Positions 20,701 through 30,343 of a stretch of DNA of 64,000 bases are shown in pieces. A model generated the notes under the pieces. That model worked only from the letters and a program-made list of their open reading frames with translations. It was not told where the DNA came from and did no database searches. Position 1 is the stretch's first letter, and each line of letters starts with the position of its first letter. Origin of the DNA: Candidatus Poribacteria bacterium (GTDB taxonomy: Bacteria; Poribacteria; WGA-4E; GCA-2687025); NCBI GenBank assembly GCA_963665845.2, contig OY762492.1, forward strand, positions 3,008,001 to 3,072,000, written 5' to 3'. The translations under genes and the position numbers were made by a program.

Positions 20701-21349
20701 ACGCTACGGATTTGACATATAACCGAGTCCCCTCAAGCGTTCGGACATGCGCGCCTGTTTCGGCGTCCCAGATGCGAATCATATTGTCATTGCCGCCGCT
20801 GGCAAGCTGGACGCCGTCCGGCGAATACGCTACAGAATTGACCGAGTCCGTATGACCTGTGAGCGTTCGGAGATGCGCGCCGGTATCGGCGTCCCAGATG
20901 CGAATCGTATGATCGTCGCTGCCGCTGGCAAGCTGGACGCCGTCCGGCGAATACGCTACAGAATTGACCCAGTCAGTATGTCCCCAGAGTGTTTGTACCG
21001 CCGCGCCCGTCTCGGCGTTCCAGATCCGTACGGCGCCGTCCCAGCCGGCGCTGGCAATCCGCGTACTGTCCGGAGAATACGCGACGGAAGTAACCGGACC
21101 CGTATGACCTGTGAGCGTTCGGACATGCGCGCCCGTCTCGGCGTTCCAGATGCGAATAGACCGGTCTTGGCTGCCGCTGGCAAGATAGGCGCCGTCCGGA
21201 GAATACGCTACAGATTCGACAGAAGACGTATGCCCCGCCAGCGTTTTCACCGCTTGCGCCTGGCTGTTTTGGTTAAAAATGCCGGCGAACAGCAGCGGCG
21301 CCGTCCAGCAGAAAAGGCGGAACATCACAGAACGAAGCGGGCGTGTCAT
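17732..21349 (-). CDS. Exported WD40 protein (WD14-Ig-WD7) with dockerin-like EF-hand pair and FlgD-Ig / T9SS-CTD-like C-terminal domain
   Basis: Signal peptide; 14+7 WD40 repeats; DANGDGVVDIADL / DVNGDGVVDIADV; LLPNYPNPFNPETWIPFDL...WDGRNSLGEPVASGVYY; start ATG 21349 after GGAG. Confidence 0.9.
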   Translation of the reverse strand: MTRPLRSVMFRLFCWTAPLLFAGIFNQNSQAQAVKTLAGHTSSVESVAYSPDGAYLASGSQDRSIRIWNAETGAHVRTLTGHTGPVTSVAYSPDSTRIASAGWDGAVRIWNAETGAAVQTLWGHTDWVNSVAYSPDGVQLASGSDDHTIRIWDADTGAHLRTLTGHTDSVNSVAYSPDGVQLASGGNDNMIRIWDAETGAHVRTLEGTRLYVKSVAYSPDSARLASGSLDNAIRIWDAETGARLRTLTGHTGYVNSVAYSPDGMQLVSASDDNAIRIWSAETGAHLRTIAGHTKSVNSIAYSPDGARLASASDDSAIRIWSAETSERLRTLAGHRFYVESVAYSPDSRQLASGSLDDTIRIWNAETGAHIRTLTEHTDWVHSVAYSPGGLWLASGSGDHTIRIWSADTGAHVRTLTGHTDSVHAIAYSPGGLWLASGSGDHTIRIWSAETGAHVRTLIGHTDSVNSIAYSPDGLQLASCGDDNTLRIWNAETGALIRSGENLRVSSVTYSPDGLQLAGGSWNNIAIWSAETGALIRTLEGHTSLVESAAYSPDGTRLASGSRDNTVRIWNAETGAMMQVFDRHTGSVNSAAYSPDGSFLASGSDDETIRIWSLKDAPVTAEISGPRGSVNSAFYVSITFSAAVDGFEASDIDAANGAVTNLSGSGNSYTAAIEPSSAGAVTVSIPAGAAGNNLASAVYTVHYAPPRVLTGHRGAVLAAAYSSDGNRIATASADDTVLIWDVNEETPLLELTEHTGDVRSAAFSPDGTMLAAGSADDTIRLWNAETGAHVRTLEGHEGDVYAVDYSPDGSAIVSASGDRTVRLWNANTGALIKTMTQHAGVVRTAAFSPDGTLIASGGADRTVRLWNAKTGKPLATMKKHGRTIYSVAFSPDGTVLASGSADETIRFWDVSSQSLLHTRTVGGTAGLLFSVAFSPDGSTLASGNQDGTVHLWASGNGRHKETLEGHTGTVYAVAYSPDGQALISGSRDRTLRFWSMPSPQLDANGDGVVDIADLAHIAANYGSGGGSGADVNGDGVVDIADVLLVVDALAGQAGAVAAAPALAAAREALSVPQVSAWLNDAQRLIVRSDSAKRGIAVLEGMLRSPRHVVSTNALLPNYPNPFNPETWIPFDLSEASRVKLTIYNSAGQTVRVLELGQLPAGAYRSRSRSAHWDGRNSLGEPVASGVYYVRIEAGSFTALRRMVVLK

Positions 21350-21469
21350 CAGGCTCTCCAAATCAGATCGACAGGTTGGTTCAGCGGACAAGCGTATGAT
21401 ACCGATTTGGACGCCGGCGGGCTATTTTAAATGCGGCTGCCGATTTTCAGCCTCATTCCGAATCCAGCC

Positions 21470-22110
21470 CCTCTTTTCAATCCTGAAAATCTTAGTTCAA
21501 ACAACGGCTAAGATTCCCGCACGTATTACCGCAAGGGCGGGAATGACCCCCGTTTTCACGGGGGCAGGCTATGGGCGCGGGAACGACTCCCCCCTTGAAA
21601 AGGGGGGCAGGGGGGGTTTTGAGCGCGGGTTGCGCTTGGTTTTGAACTAGGATGGAAGGATGATTAAGATTGCCAAGACAGCGGCTCAAGGGAAATTTCT
21701 TGGCAATCTTTTCCATCTTGGCAATCCTAGTTCAGACAATGGCTAAGATTCCCGCTTGCGCGGCAATGACCCCCGTTTTCACGGGGGCAGGCTATGGGCG
21801 CGGGAACGACTCCCCCCTTGAAAAGGGGGGCAGGGGGGGTTTTGAGCGCGGGTTGCGCTTGGTTTTGAACTAGGATGGAAGGATGATTAAGATTGCCAAG
21901 ACAGCGGCTCAAGGGAAATTTCTTGGCAATCTTTTCCATCTTGGCAATCCTAGTTCAGACAATGGCTAAGATTCCCGCTTGCGCGGCAATGACGATTTGA
22001 GACGCGGGATGCTTGGGGTGAACGCGGACGGTTTCTGTCGGGACTCTGGATTCCCGCTTACGCGGGAATGACGAGGACGAGAAGCGGGAATGACGAGGAC
22101 GAGAAGCGGG
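21470..22110. repeat. Intergenic repeat mosaic including a ~223-bp tandem duplication
   Basis: Unit of palindrome + CCCCGTTTTCACGGGGG + CCCCCTTGAAAAGGGGGG + GAACTAGGAT...ATCCTAGTTC long hairpin, present twice (about 21505-21740 and 21741-21963). Confidence 0.85.
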
Positions 22111-23484
22111 TTACTCGGCAGATGTGAGAACAGCGACCCAGCCCGAGTCGCTCGGCGCCTCTATGCGAGTCGCTTTGCCCGCCTCGATGGACGCTTCGCC
22201 GCCCCATTCGCCTGTTGAGACGTTCAGCCAGCGCAGGCGCGCCTTGCCCGCCATCTCCGACAGGTCGATGGAGACGGCGCCGCCTTTTGTGAAATAAAGC
22301 GCGTAGGTTTCGCCCGCCTTTCGCGCGAGATACGCTTCATTCTCTTCGCGTTCGCTCAACAGCTCCTGCATCGGCTCCATTTCCCAGAACGGCGTGATCG
22401 CCTCCAGCAGGCGCGCCGCCTTGACCGACGCCTTCGCGCGCTCCGCCAACCCAAGCCCTGTCGGCGGTCGGTGAAAGCGGGACGACGCCGCGCCTCCGAT
22501 CACATGGCGCCACCAACGCTCCACCCCCTCCTGCGAGTCGTAAAATTGTCCGCCGTCCGCGCCGTAAGTTTTGACGGCGTTCAACGGACGGGGGCGGTCG
22601 GCAATATAGGCGCGCGCCCACTGGAAATTGTCCCAGTGAGTTTGACCCGTTTTTTGATTGTTTTGCGATATGTCCGCAAAATCGTATCGATCAGGATGGT
22701 CAAAAGTGCGCTTATGGCGGTCCGCCCGCAGGTCCCAGTCGTCCCACATCTCCGTGACGCAGACCTGAACGCCCGCTTCCCGCGCCCGCCCGCGGATGTA
22801 GCTTGACCAGTAGACCGCCCACTCCTCCTCCGCGCCCGTTTCGTTGTCCATGCAGTAAAGAACATGGCGGTGTTTCAGCGTGTAGGAGAGCATTTTGTCG
22901 ACGAACATCTGCTGGTATTTCAACACGACTTCGTTGTTCCGCTGTTTCGGCGTCGTGAAGAAAAACGGCTGGTCGTTTCGCCCTGGATGATGCGGATAAT
23001 CCGCCGCCAGCCCCGACTCCTCATGCGTGTAGTTCACGTTGTTTTTCGGGTTGTAAGGATGCCCGATCCAGTTGTCGCGCGAGTAATCGAACCGATCCCA
23101 CACTTCGATCTGGACGATGATTTCGCGCTCCGCCGTCCATTTGAGCATGTTTTCAAACCGCTCCCAGTACGATTCGTTCCACTGGTCAAGGTCGTAACGC
23201 CCGTCCGGCAGCTGCGCGACGCGCCACAACTCAAAGCCGCGGTCTTTTCGGTCGCTCATGGTGTTGCGGATGTAATTGGCGCCCGCCGCCTTCATTTCGT
23301 CCAGATGCGCTTCCAGATGCGGTATCTGGAAGAGGCTGTCCTTGACGCTCGCGCCGAGAAGCATGACCGTTTTGCCGTTGTATTGCCAGTAGCGCGGGTT
23401 TTCATCGGAGGGGCGGATGCGGTTCTCGTCCGCTTCAGCCGCCGCGCACAAGAGACCCGCGACGCATACTGCAATCGACATCAT
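22111..23484 (-). CDS. Secreted putative glycoside hydrolase-like protein (DUF4038-like TIM barrel with C-terminal beta domain)
   Basis: Signal peptide; [35 protein letters not shown]-terminal [22 protein letters not shown]; RBS AGGAG before ATG 23484. Confidence 0.6.
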   Translation of the reverse strand: MMSIAVCVAGLLCAAAEADENRIRPSDENPRYWQYNGKTVMLLGASVKDSLFQIPHLEAHLDEMKAAGANYIRNTMSDRKDRGFELWRVAQLPDGRYDLDQWNESYWERFENMLKWTAEREIIVQIEVWDRFDYSRDNWIGHPYNPKNNVNYTHEESGLAADYPHHPGRNDQPFFFTTPKQRNNEVVLKYQQMFVDKMLSYTLKHRHVLYCMDNETGAEEEWAVYWSSYIRGRAREAGVQVCVTEMWDDWDLRADRHKRTFDHPDRYDFADISQNNQKTGQTHWDNFQWARAYIADRPRPLNAVKTYGADGGQFYDSQEGVERWWRHVIGGAASSRFHRPPTGLGLAERAKASVKAARLLEAITPFWEMEPMQELLSEREENEAYLARKAGETYALYFTKGGAVSIDLSEMAGKARLRWLNVSTGEWGGEASIEAGKATRIEAPSDSGWVAVLTSAE

Positions 23485-23503
23485 TCTCGACTCCTTTAAT
23501 GTT

Positions 23504-24994
23504 TCAGCCCGCTTTTTCCAAAAACAGCTCCTGGTTCGTTTTTGCCGCGTAGATGCGCAGCTCCTTCGCCTCCGCGTCGTACGCATGGCGCGCCTGACGG
23601 CTTAAATTCGGGAGCGCAAACTCGGTCAGGAAGCTGCCGGGGAAATCCGCGTCGCGGTTCACCGCGTCCGCAAAGGCGGGGTCGTCCAGTATGCCTTCCA
23701 CATAAAGAACGCCGTTTTCAACATAGACGCGAAGCGAATAGTCCGGCAGGTCGGCGGGCAGCCGCTCCTTGCGCGGACGAAGGCTGACGGGGGTCTTGCG
23801 CGGCAGCTCCAGCGTAATCTCATAACCCTCCTTCGTCTCGGTCAAATGGTGCGCCATGCCGTATCGCCGGCGCCGTTCCAGTTCGTCTGTAAGACGCGCC
23901 TCTCCGCCCGGCAGCGGCTTGTCAGGCGGCTGGGTGTCTTCCATCGGCGGACGGGCGAGCGTGCGCGCGATCCCTTGAACCGCCGGCCAAACGAGCCACC
24001 CAAGCGCCCAGCCGTAAAGCGACGCTTTATACTGCCGATGAACAGGCGCATCCGCGGCGATGACCGACCAGGTGCGTACCAGCGCCTCAACGAAGCCGAA
24101 TGTCACGGCGAGCGTCAGGTAAAGGTTGGTCATCGGGCTGATGTTCCACCGCTCCGGTCCGACAACGGCTTGCGCCCATGCGAACGCGGCGAACGTGTAA
24201 AGAACCGCGTTCAAGCCGACATTCCACCAGGTGGAGGAGGCTGCGTTGAAACGCTTCTCGCCGGCGTAGCCTTCCAGCATATATTTTGCGCGGGCGGGCA
24301 AGGCGCCGAGTATTGGCTGCGCCGCCCAGATCAGAAAGCCGGCGATGCCGCCGATCGACATTTCGGGGCGGGGCGGGGGAGTTTCGACAACAGGCTCTTC
24401 TTCAGGCTCAAATTCGGGGTCTTCCTTATAGCCTTTAGGGACGACGAGGATATGCCCGCGCACCTCTTCAGGCGTTTCAGGATCGATCTTTTCGGCGCCG
24501 GGCGGGGGCGCGGTTTCGGCGGGGGAAGGCGCGGCGGGCGCGCTCGGAGCGGGAGCGGCGGGGCGAACGCCTGTCAACTGAATCAGGGCGACCTCGGCGT
24601 CCAGCGTCCCTTCTTCGACCGTTTCAAGGATGCGCCGGACACGATCGCGCGTTAGACTCACATCGCCGATCTCCACGGCTGCGGACGCGGCGGCGGGCTG
24701 CGCCAACTCACCCTCTTCCTCCTCCACTGAGGAGACGGCGTCTTCAACCGAAAGCCGCTCAAACGCCTCGCGGTTGATGTCGATATACGACTCCCACTGG
24801 CTCGGGACGTCCGACTCCTCAAAGATGGCGTCCACAGGGCATTCGGGTCGGCAAGCGTCGCAATCGATGCACTCGTCGGGATGAATATACAGCTGATCTT
24901 CGCCGTCAAACTCATAGATGCAGTCGACGGGGCAGACGATGACGCATGCCGTGTCTTTAACGTCTACGCACGGTTCGCAGATGATATATGCCAT
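23504..24994 (-). CDS. Fusion protein: 7Fe (FdxA-type) ferredoxin, linker, membrane helices and an alpha-crystallin/Hsp20-like domain
   Basis: [22 protein letters not shown]...[16 protein letters not shown]; three to four hydrophobic segments; [13 protein letters not shown]...[12 protein letters not shown]...[10 protein letters not shown]. Confidence 0.75.
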   Translation of the reverse strand: MAYIICEPCVDVKDTACVIVCPVDCIYEFDGEDQLYIHPDECIDCDACRPECPVDAIFEESDVPSQWESYIDINREAFERLSVEDAVSSVEEEEGELAQPAAASAAVEIGDVSLTRDRVRRILETVEEGTLDAEVALIQLTGVRPAAPAPSAPAAPSPAETAPPPGAEKIDPETPEEVRGHILVVPKGYKEDPEFEPEEEPVVETPPPRPEMSIGGIAGFLIWAAQPILGALPARAKYMLEGYAGEKRFNAASSTWWNVGLNAVLYTFAAFAWAQAVVGPERWNISPMTNLYLTLAVTFGFVEALVRTWSVIAADAPVHRQYKASLYGWALGWLVWPAVQGIARTLARPPMEDTQPPDKPLPGGEARLTDELERRRRYGMAHHLTETKEGYEITLELPRKTPVSLRPRKERLPADLPDYSLRVYVENGVLYVEGILDDPAFADAVNRDADFPGSFLTEFALPNLSRQARHAYDAEAKELRIYAAKTNQELFLEKAG

Positions 24995-25755
24995 GTGTAT
25001 TTCTCCATATACGCCTCGGCGTCCAGGCCGCCGATCAATACAGGCGCGGACTGCAGCTCGGCGGCGCTTCGCTCCGCGTCAAACCGCGCGGAATCGATCA
25101 GATAAACGCGCCCGCCGTTCGGGTCGCCGCGCCGTTTCATGTGTGTGAAGCGGACATATCCGCCCGCGCGGGAGGCAACGTAACCTGGCAGATAATTCGG
25201 ATCGTCCGACAAGCCGATCTCCGCCTTGACGAACGGCGCGGACGCCGCCTTGGACGCCAGCGCGAGCGCGTCAATAAAACGAACGCTCAACCCGCGCCGC
25301 TGCGCCCATTCCATGGCGCGTTCCCGCGCTCCAGGCTCCCAGTCAAATGCGGACACGCGAACCCCTTTCTCTCGGTTCGGATCCAGGCGCGCGCCTGTTT
25401 GGGCGTCCATCAACGCCGCGCCGCGCATGTTCGGTTCGCGCGTCAACGTTTCAACCGCCCGCCGCGCCGCCGACGTTGAAACGCCCCGATCCCGCAGTTC
25501 CGTTTCCGCCAAAGAAAGCCCTTCCGCCGCGCTTTTCACCCAAACCGTCGTTACGTTGAGGGCAGGCGCTTTGCGTATCGCGTCGGCGCGGATCGGCTCT
25601 AGCGTCAACGCGATGCGCGCGCCGTCCAGTTGACAGCGGCGCATCAACTCGGCGACAGCGCCATGCCGCTCCGACATCGGAACGAGACGCTCCGCGCCGG
25701 AAACATGCCGTCCGCCGAGACGGGCGCGCATCCTTGCCGATACCCAACTCTTCAC
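24964..25755 (-). CDS. bioW: 6-carboxyhexanoate (pimelate)--CoA ligase
   Basis: [52 protein letters not shown]. Confidence 0.85.
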   Translation of the reverse strand: MKSWVSARMRARLGGRHVSGAERLVPMSERHGAVAELMRRCQLDGARIALTLEPIRADAIRKAPALNVTTVWVKSAAEGLSLAETELRDRGVSTSAARRAVETLTREPNMRGAALMDAQTGARLDPNREKGVRVSAFDWEPGARERAMEWAQRRGLSVRFIDALALASKAASAPFVKAEIGLSDDPNYLPGYVASRAGGYVRFTHMKRRGDPNGGRVYLIDSARFDAERSAAELQSAPVLIGGLDAEAYMEKYTWHISSANRA

Positions 25756-25799
25756 AGCCTTATGTTGCCATGCAAGACGCCAAAGGGCAAGGCTGGCTC

Positions 25800-25886
25800 T
25801 CGACCTTACCCTTTAGTTGGGACGCGGCGGCATGACGTCTTACCGGAAGGGCGGCGCCTAAGATTCCCGCTTACGCGGGAATGACA
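25800..25886. repeat. Diverged partial copy of the MITE arm with central palindrome
   Basis: GACCTTACCCTTTAGTTGGGAC followed by ATTCCCGCTTACGCGGGAATGAC. Confidence 0.6.
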
Positions 25887-25911
25887 GCGATGAGTGCGCG
25901 CGGCGGCTTGC

Positions 25912-26694
25912 TTACTGCGTTTTGACGTCCGCCCAGGTCGCCGCCAGTTTGCCGCGCGGGTCGACGGAGAGCAGCGTCGTCAGCCCCTCGTTCATGAGCG
26001 TCTGCATGTCGTCCGTCGTCAGCGCGGCGCTAAACAGCGCCACTTCGGACAGCATGCCGTTCAGCGTCTCGGAGGTGTTGTCCGTCCATCCGCCGATGTT
26101 GACAGGGGTGTCGTTGCGCGGCGCGGGCGGTCCGAGTCCGCCTGTGAAGCCGATCTCGACGCCGTTTTCGTAGATGCGGATCGTTCCCTCGCCATCGTAG
26201 GTCGCGGTCATGTAGAGCCAGACGCCCTTCTTGACGGAACCCTTGCCCCATGCGCCTTTCCAGCCGTTATTCGCAAAATACGCTTCCCAGCCGGTTCCGT
26301 TGTTGCTCGTTCTGAAGGCGTAATTGGCGACCGTGACGCCATGGGGCCGTTTCGCCAAAATATGCCCGTAGCTGGTTTCGGCGTTGTTGACAAATATCCA
26401 TGCGGTGATTGTCCATGCGCCGTCGATGTAGAGGCTGTCGGAATCGGGAATGATGACGCGGTCGTCGTTGCCGTTGAGGCTCAAGGCGGGGCGTCCTTCG
26501 CGCCCGTCGACCCATTCGCCGCCTTGACGTTCGCCGTCGTTGCCGTTGTCGGAGCTGTCTTTAATCTTGTCGCCGCTGCCTTCGTCCAGCAGCCAGATGC
26601 CGCGCGCGTCTTCAAAGTTCAGTTCTGCCTGCGCCGCCGACGCGAAGATCAAGCCGACCGCCGCCGCCGAAACGCAGATCGTTTTCCATGTCAT
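25912..26694 (-). CDS. Secreted LamG-like jellyroll domain protein with VDPxGKLxxTW C-terminal tag
   Basis: Signal peptide; WLLDEGSGD..DSS.NGNDG, WLYMTATYDG..IRIYENG, NGMLSEVALF; ends LSVDPRGKLAATWADVKTQ. Confidence 0.85.
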   Translation of the reverse strand: MTWKTICVSAAAVGLIFASAAQAELNFEDARGIWLLDEGSGDKIKDSSDNGNDGERQGGEWVDGREGRPALSLNGNDDRVIIPDSDSLYIDGAWTITAWIFVNNAETSYGHILAKRPHGVTVANYAFRTSNNGTGWEAYFANNGWKGAWGKGSVKKGVWLYMTATYDGEGTIRIYENGVEIGFTGGLGPPAPRNDTPVNIGGWTDNTSETLNGMLSEVALFSAALTTDDMQTLMNEGLTTLLSVDPRGKLAATWADVKTQ

Positions 26695-26741
26695 GTTGCC
26701 GCCTTCAGTTGAGTTGCCAGTATTAAGGGCGTAACGCCGCC

Positions 26742-26770
26742 AGTATAAACCGCATGTTTGACGAAGGCAA
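26742..26770 (-). promoter_or_regulatory. sigma70-type promoter of the LamG gene
   Basis: Minus strand TTGCCT-17bp-TATACT. Confidence 0.6.
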
Positions 26771-26780
26771 GCTTTTCAGA

Positions 26781-27141
26781 CTGACCTTACATCTTTAGTT
26801 GGGACATGCCGGCGGGCGAACGCGGACGTCTTCTGCGGCGCCTCTAGATTCCCGCTTACGCGGGAATGCATGTCCTCGCGGAAGCGGGGAACGAATAGCC
26901 CAATAACAGCGGTCGGAGCGCGGTTTCTGGACTCCCCCCTTGAAAAGGGGGCAGGGGGGTTTTGAGCGCGGGTTGCGCTTGGTTTTGAACTAGGATGAAA
27001 GGATGATTAAGATTGCCAAGAGCGCCGCTCACGGGAATTTCTTTGGCAATCTTTTCAATCTTGGCAATCCTAGTTCAGACAGCAGACGGTTTCGGCGGCG
27101 CCTCTGGATTCCCGCACGTTTTACCGCAGGAGCGGGAATGA
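26781..27141. repeat. Inverted MITE arm plus intergenic palindrome mosaic
   Basis: 26781-26868 is a close reverse complement of the right half of the 31426 element; followed by the CCCCCCTTGAAAAGGGGG module and the GAACTAGGAT...ATCCTAGTTC hairpin. Confidence 0.8.
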
Positions 27142-27155
27142 CTATCAGATCTGTT

Positions 27156-30100
27156 TCAGGCGCGCCTTTTCACAAACTCGCGCAGATCAACCGTCATCAC
27201 ATGCAGCGCCGGTATCAAAAAAAGCGTCAACAGCGTTGACGCCGCCAAGCCGAAAATGATGACGCTCGCAATCGGTATCCAGATGGGCGACTTGCCGCCG
27301 ATGCCCATCGCCATCGGGGTCAGTCCGGCGATTGTCGTAACGGAGGTCAGCAGCACGGGGCGGAAACGCGCCTTCCCCGCGGCGAGCGCGGCGCGGAACT
27401 TGCCCATCCCCCTCTCCCCGCCTTTCTTGATGAAGTCCATCAGCACAATCGAGTCGTTCACCACAATGCCCGACAGCGCGACGACTCCAAACAGCGCCAC
27501 GATGCTCAGCGTCGCCTGTATCGCCAGCAATCCGAGCATCGCGCCGATGATGCCGAACGGCGCCGCAAACATGACGACAAACGGCTCAATAAACGATTTC
27601 AGCTGCGCCCCAAGGATCACATAGATAGCGAGAATGCCGACAATAAACAGCTGCCCAATCTGCCCGAACGACTCGTTGATCTGGTCAAAGACGCCGCGAA
27701 AATCGAGCGAGACGCCGGGATACAGCCCGCTGAATTCCGCAAACGAACTCTGCAGCGCCTTGTTGACCGCGACCGGGTCGTTCATTCCCTCCTCGATGGA
27801 GGCGGTGACGGCGATGGAGCGCTCGCCTTCAAAACGGCGTATCTCCGCCAGCCCCTGCGTCATGCGTATTTCGGCGACGTCTCTCAACGGCGACGCTCCG
27901 ATCATGATGTTGGCGAGGTCGTCGGGCGACTGGAGCGACTCGGGCGCGTATTTGACGACGATGTCGGGCGATTCGTCCGCGTCCCTGTAGGTTGTGGAGA
28001 CGACGCCGGCAAGCGCGGCGCGCGTCGTTTGCGCGATGATCGCCGCGTCTAAACCGAGCGCGCGCGCCTTTTCCTTGTTCACATCGATCTGCAGCTCATT
28101 TCGCCCGACAAGGTAATCGTCCGTCACCTCATAGACGCCGGGCATTTCGCGCAGGGCGTCTTGGAGACGTTTTGAGACGGCGCGCATCTGCTCAAAATCG
28201 CTTCCGATCACCTTTACATTGACATCTCTGCCGGAGGGCGGACCGCCGAGGGCTTTCTCGACCGACAGCGTTTCGATCTCCGCAATCGGCTCAATCTTCG
28301 CGCGCAGCTCCTCCACAATCTCATCTACCGAACGGCGCCGCTCATTCTTCGGCGTCAGCTCAACCGACACCTCCCCGACATTCGGACGCGCGGGCGGCGA
28401 GTCGAGATTCGACCGCGCCGACTGCAGCCCGACGCGGCTCGTCACCGCCAGCCGCTCCTCCTCGGACAGCTCCATCGCCATCGCCTCAATGACGGCAATC
28501 GTCTTGCCGGTTTGCTGAAGGCTGTACGATGTCGGCGTTTCGATCCGTATATTCACCTGCGGGAAATCTTCGCCCGGAAACAGCTCGCGCGGGAGTATGC
28601 TGAACGCCGTAACGGTCGCCGCCGCGCCGATTAGCAGCGTCAACCCCAAGGCGATGTACCGATGCCGTATGACGCGCGCCAAAAGCCGCGTATAACCGCG
28701 CCGCAGCGCGTCGAACCAGGGCTGACGACTGGGGCGCCCGCTGGCGTCCAGGCGCGGCGGCTTGCCCCATTCCGCCGCATGGGACGGCAATATGACAAAC
28801 ACCTCCAGCAGCGACGCGCCCAGAACGATGATGGCGACCGTCGGAACGATGCGCATGAACTGACCCGTCACCCCCGACAGGAGCATCAACGGCGCAAACG
28901 CGGCGATGGTCGTCAAACTGGCGGCAAGGACAGGCGACCCGATCTCTTCGGCGCCGCGTATCGCCGCTTCTTTCGGCGGCAGTCCCTCTTGGACATATCG
29001 AAAGATGTTTTCGATGACGACAATCGCGTCGTCCACCACAATGCCGACGACCAGTATCAGCCCGAACAGCGCGACCGCGTTGATCGTTCCGCCCGACCAG
29101 TAAAGAAACAGAAACGCCGCCATGAACGCGACCGGTATGCCTAAGCAAGCGAACAGCGCGTTGCGCCAGCCGAGCAGCGCATACAGCAGCAGCGCGACCA
29201 GAACCAGTCCAAAAAGCGCGTTGTTCTGCAGGATGCCGAGACGCTCTCTCAAGATGACGGAGGAGTCGTTGACAACGCTCATCTCCACATTTGGGGGCAG
29301 GTCTGCTTGTCGGCTGGCAGCGTATTCGCGTATCTGTTCAACGAGGCGGATCGTGTTGCCGTCGTTTGTTTTGAGTATGTCGAGGCTGACGGCGCGTTTG
29401 CCGTTGAGGCGGGACAATGTGCGCGGTTTTTCAAACGTGTCGGAAACGGTTGCCACATCGCCGACGCGCAGCGGCTCTCCCGACGGCATCGACCGAATCA
29501 CCGCGTTTTCAATGTCCTGTAACGACTGAAACTGCGCCAGCGAACGGACCGAATACTCAAGAGCGCCGACCTCCAGCGGACCCGCCGGAACGTTCAGGTT
29601 CTGACGGCGCAGCGCGAGCGAGACGTCCTGAAGCGACAGGCGGTACGCCGACAGCCGCTCTGGATCAACCGCGACCCAGATTTCGCGGTCGCGCAGCCCG
29701 GAGGTTCGGACGTCGGAGATCCCCTGTATTTTCATCAGATCCGCTTCGATCTCTTCGGCAAGCGCTATCATTTCCGATTCAGACGCGGCGCCGCCGACCA
29801 CGACCGTCGCGACCGCTTCAAAAGAGCTGTTGATCTCGATGATCTTCGGCGCGTCCAGAACCTCGTCGGGCAGGTCGTCGATATTGGCGACCGCGTCGCG
29901 CATGAGCCGCATTTCGCGGTCGAAGTCCCGGTCGCTCAACTCCTCAAACTGTATCGTGACGACCGACAAGCCTTCGGTCGAAAACGATGTCATCAGGTCG
30001 ATGTTGCTGACCTCTCCCTGTACCGCCTCTTCGATGGGTACCGTAACGAGCGATTCCACCTCTTCTGGAGAGGCGGACGGATAAACGGTTCGCACCTGCG

Positions 30101-30257
30101 CAATCTGGAAAGAGACGTCTGGGGTGAGTTCGCGGGGGAGCGTCAGATAGGCGTAGCTTCCTGCAATCACGATGGCGACCATGAGCAGGTTTGCGAAGAC
30201 AGGGTTTTCGACCGACAGGCGCGGTATCGACCATTTGCGGTTTGAGGTTGAGTTCAT
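27156..30257 (-). CDS. RND family efflux transporter permease (AcrB-like)
   Basis: 1033 aa; GIVVDDAIVVIENI, GIVVNDSIVL, RFRPVLLTSVTT. Confidence 0.92.
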   Translation of the reverse strand: MNSTSNRKWSIPRLSVENPVFANLLMVAIVIAGSYAYLTLPRELTPDVSFQIAQVRTVYPSASPEEVESLVTVPIEEAVQGEVSNIDLMTSFSTEGLSVVTIQFEELSDRDFDREMRLMRDAVANIDDLPDEVLDAPKIIEINSSFEAVATVVVGGAASESEMIALAEEIEADLMKIQGISDVRTSGLRDREIWVAVDPERLSAYRLSLQDVSLALRRQNLNVPAGPLEVGALEYSVRSLAQFQSLQDIENAVIRSMPSGEPLRVGDVATVSDTFEKPRTLSRLNGKRAVSLDILKTNDGNTIRLVEQIREYAASRQADLPPNVEMSVVNDSSVILRERLGILQNNALFGLVLVALLLYALLGWRNALFACLGIPVAFMAAFLFLYWSGGTINAVALFGLILVVGIVVDDAIVVIENIFRYVQEGLPPKEAAIRGAEEIGSPVLAASLTTIAAFAPLMLLSGVTGQFMRIVPTVAIIVLGASLLEVFVILPSHAAEWGKPPRLDASGRPSRQPWFDALRRGYTRLLARVIRHRYIALGLTLLIGAAATVTAFSILPRELFPGEDFPQVNIRIETPTSYSLQQTGKTIAVIEAMAMELSEEERLAVTSRVGLQSARSNLDSPPARPNVGEVSVELTPKNERRRSVDEIVEELRAKIEPIAEIETLSVEKALGGPPSGRDVNVKVIGSDFEQMRAVSKRLQDALREMPGVYEVTDDYLVGRNELQIDVNKEKARALGLDAAIIAQTTRAALAGVVSTTYRDADESPDIVVKYAPESLQSPDDLANIMIGASPLRDVAEIRMTQGLAEIRRFEGERSIAVTASIEEGMNDPVAVNKALQSSFAEFSGLYPGVSLDFRGVFDQINESFGQIGQLFIVGILAIYVILGAQLKSFIEPFVVMFAAPFGIIGAMLGLLAIQATLSIVALFGVVALSGIVVNDSIVLMDFIKKGGERGMGKFRAALAAGKARFRPVLLTSVTTIAGLTPMAMGIGGKSPIWIPIASVIIFGLAASTLLTLFLIPALHVMTVDLREFVKRRA

Positions 30258-30343
30258 AGGCTCCCGCTGCGGTTTGAACTTCGGCTGCGTTTTATTTCTT
30301 TAATGATAGCGGGCGCGCGTTGAATCTTCTCTAGGCTCCGCGT

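Noticed and set aside
21492-21939. Duplicated small ORFs (67-74 aa)
   Set aside because: Translations of non-coding repeat modules
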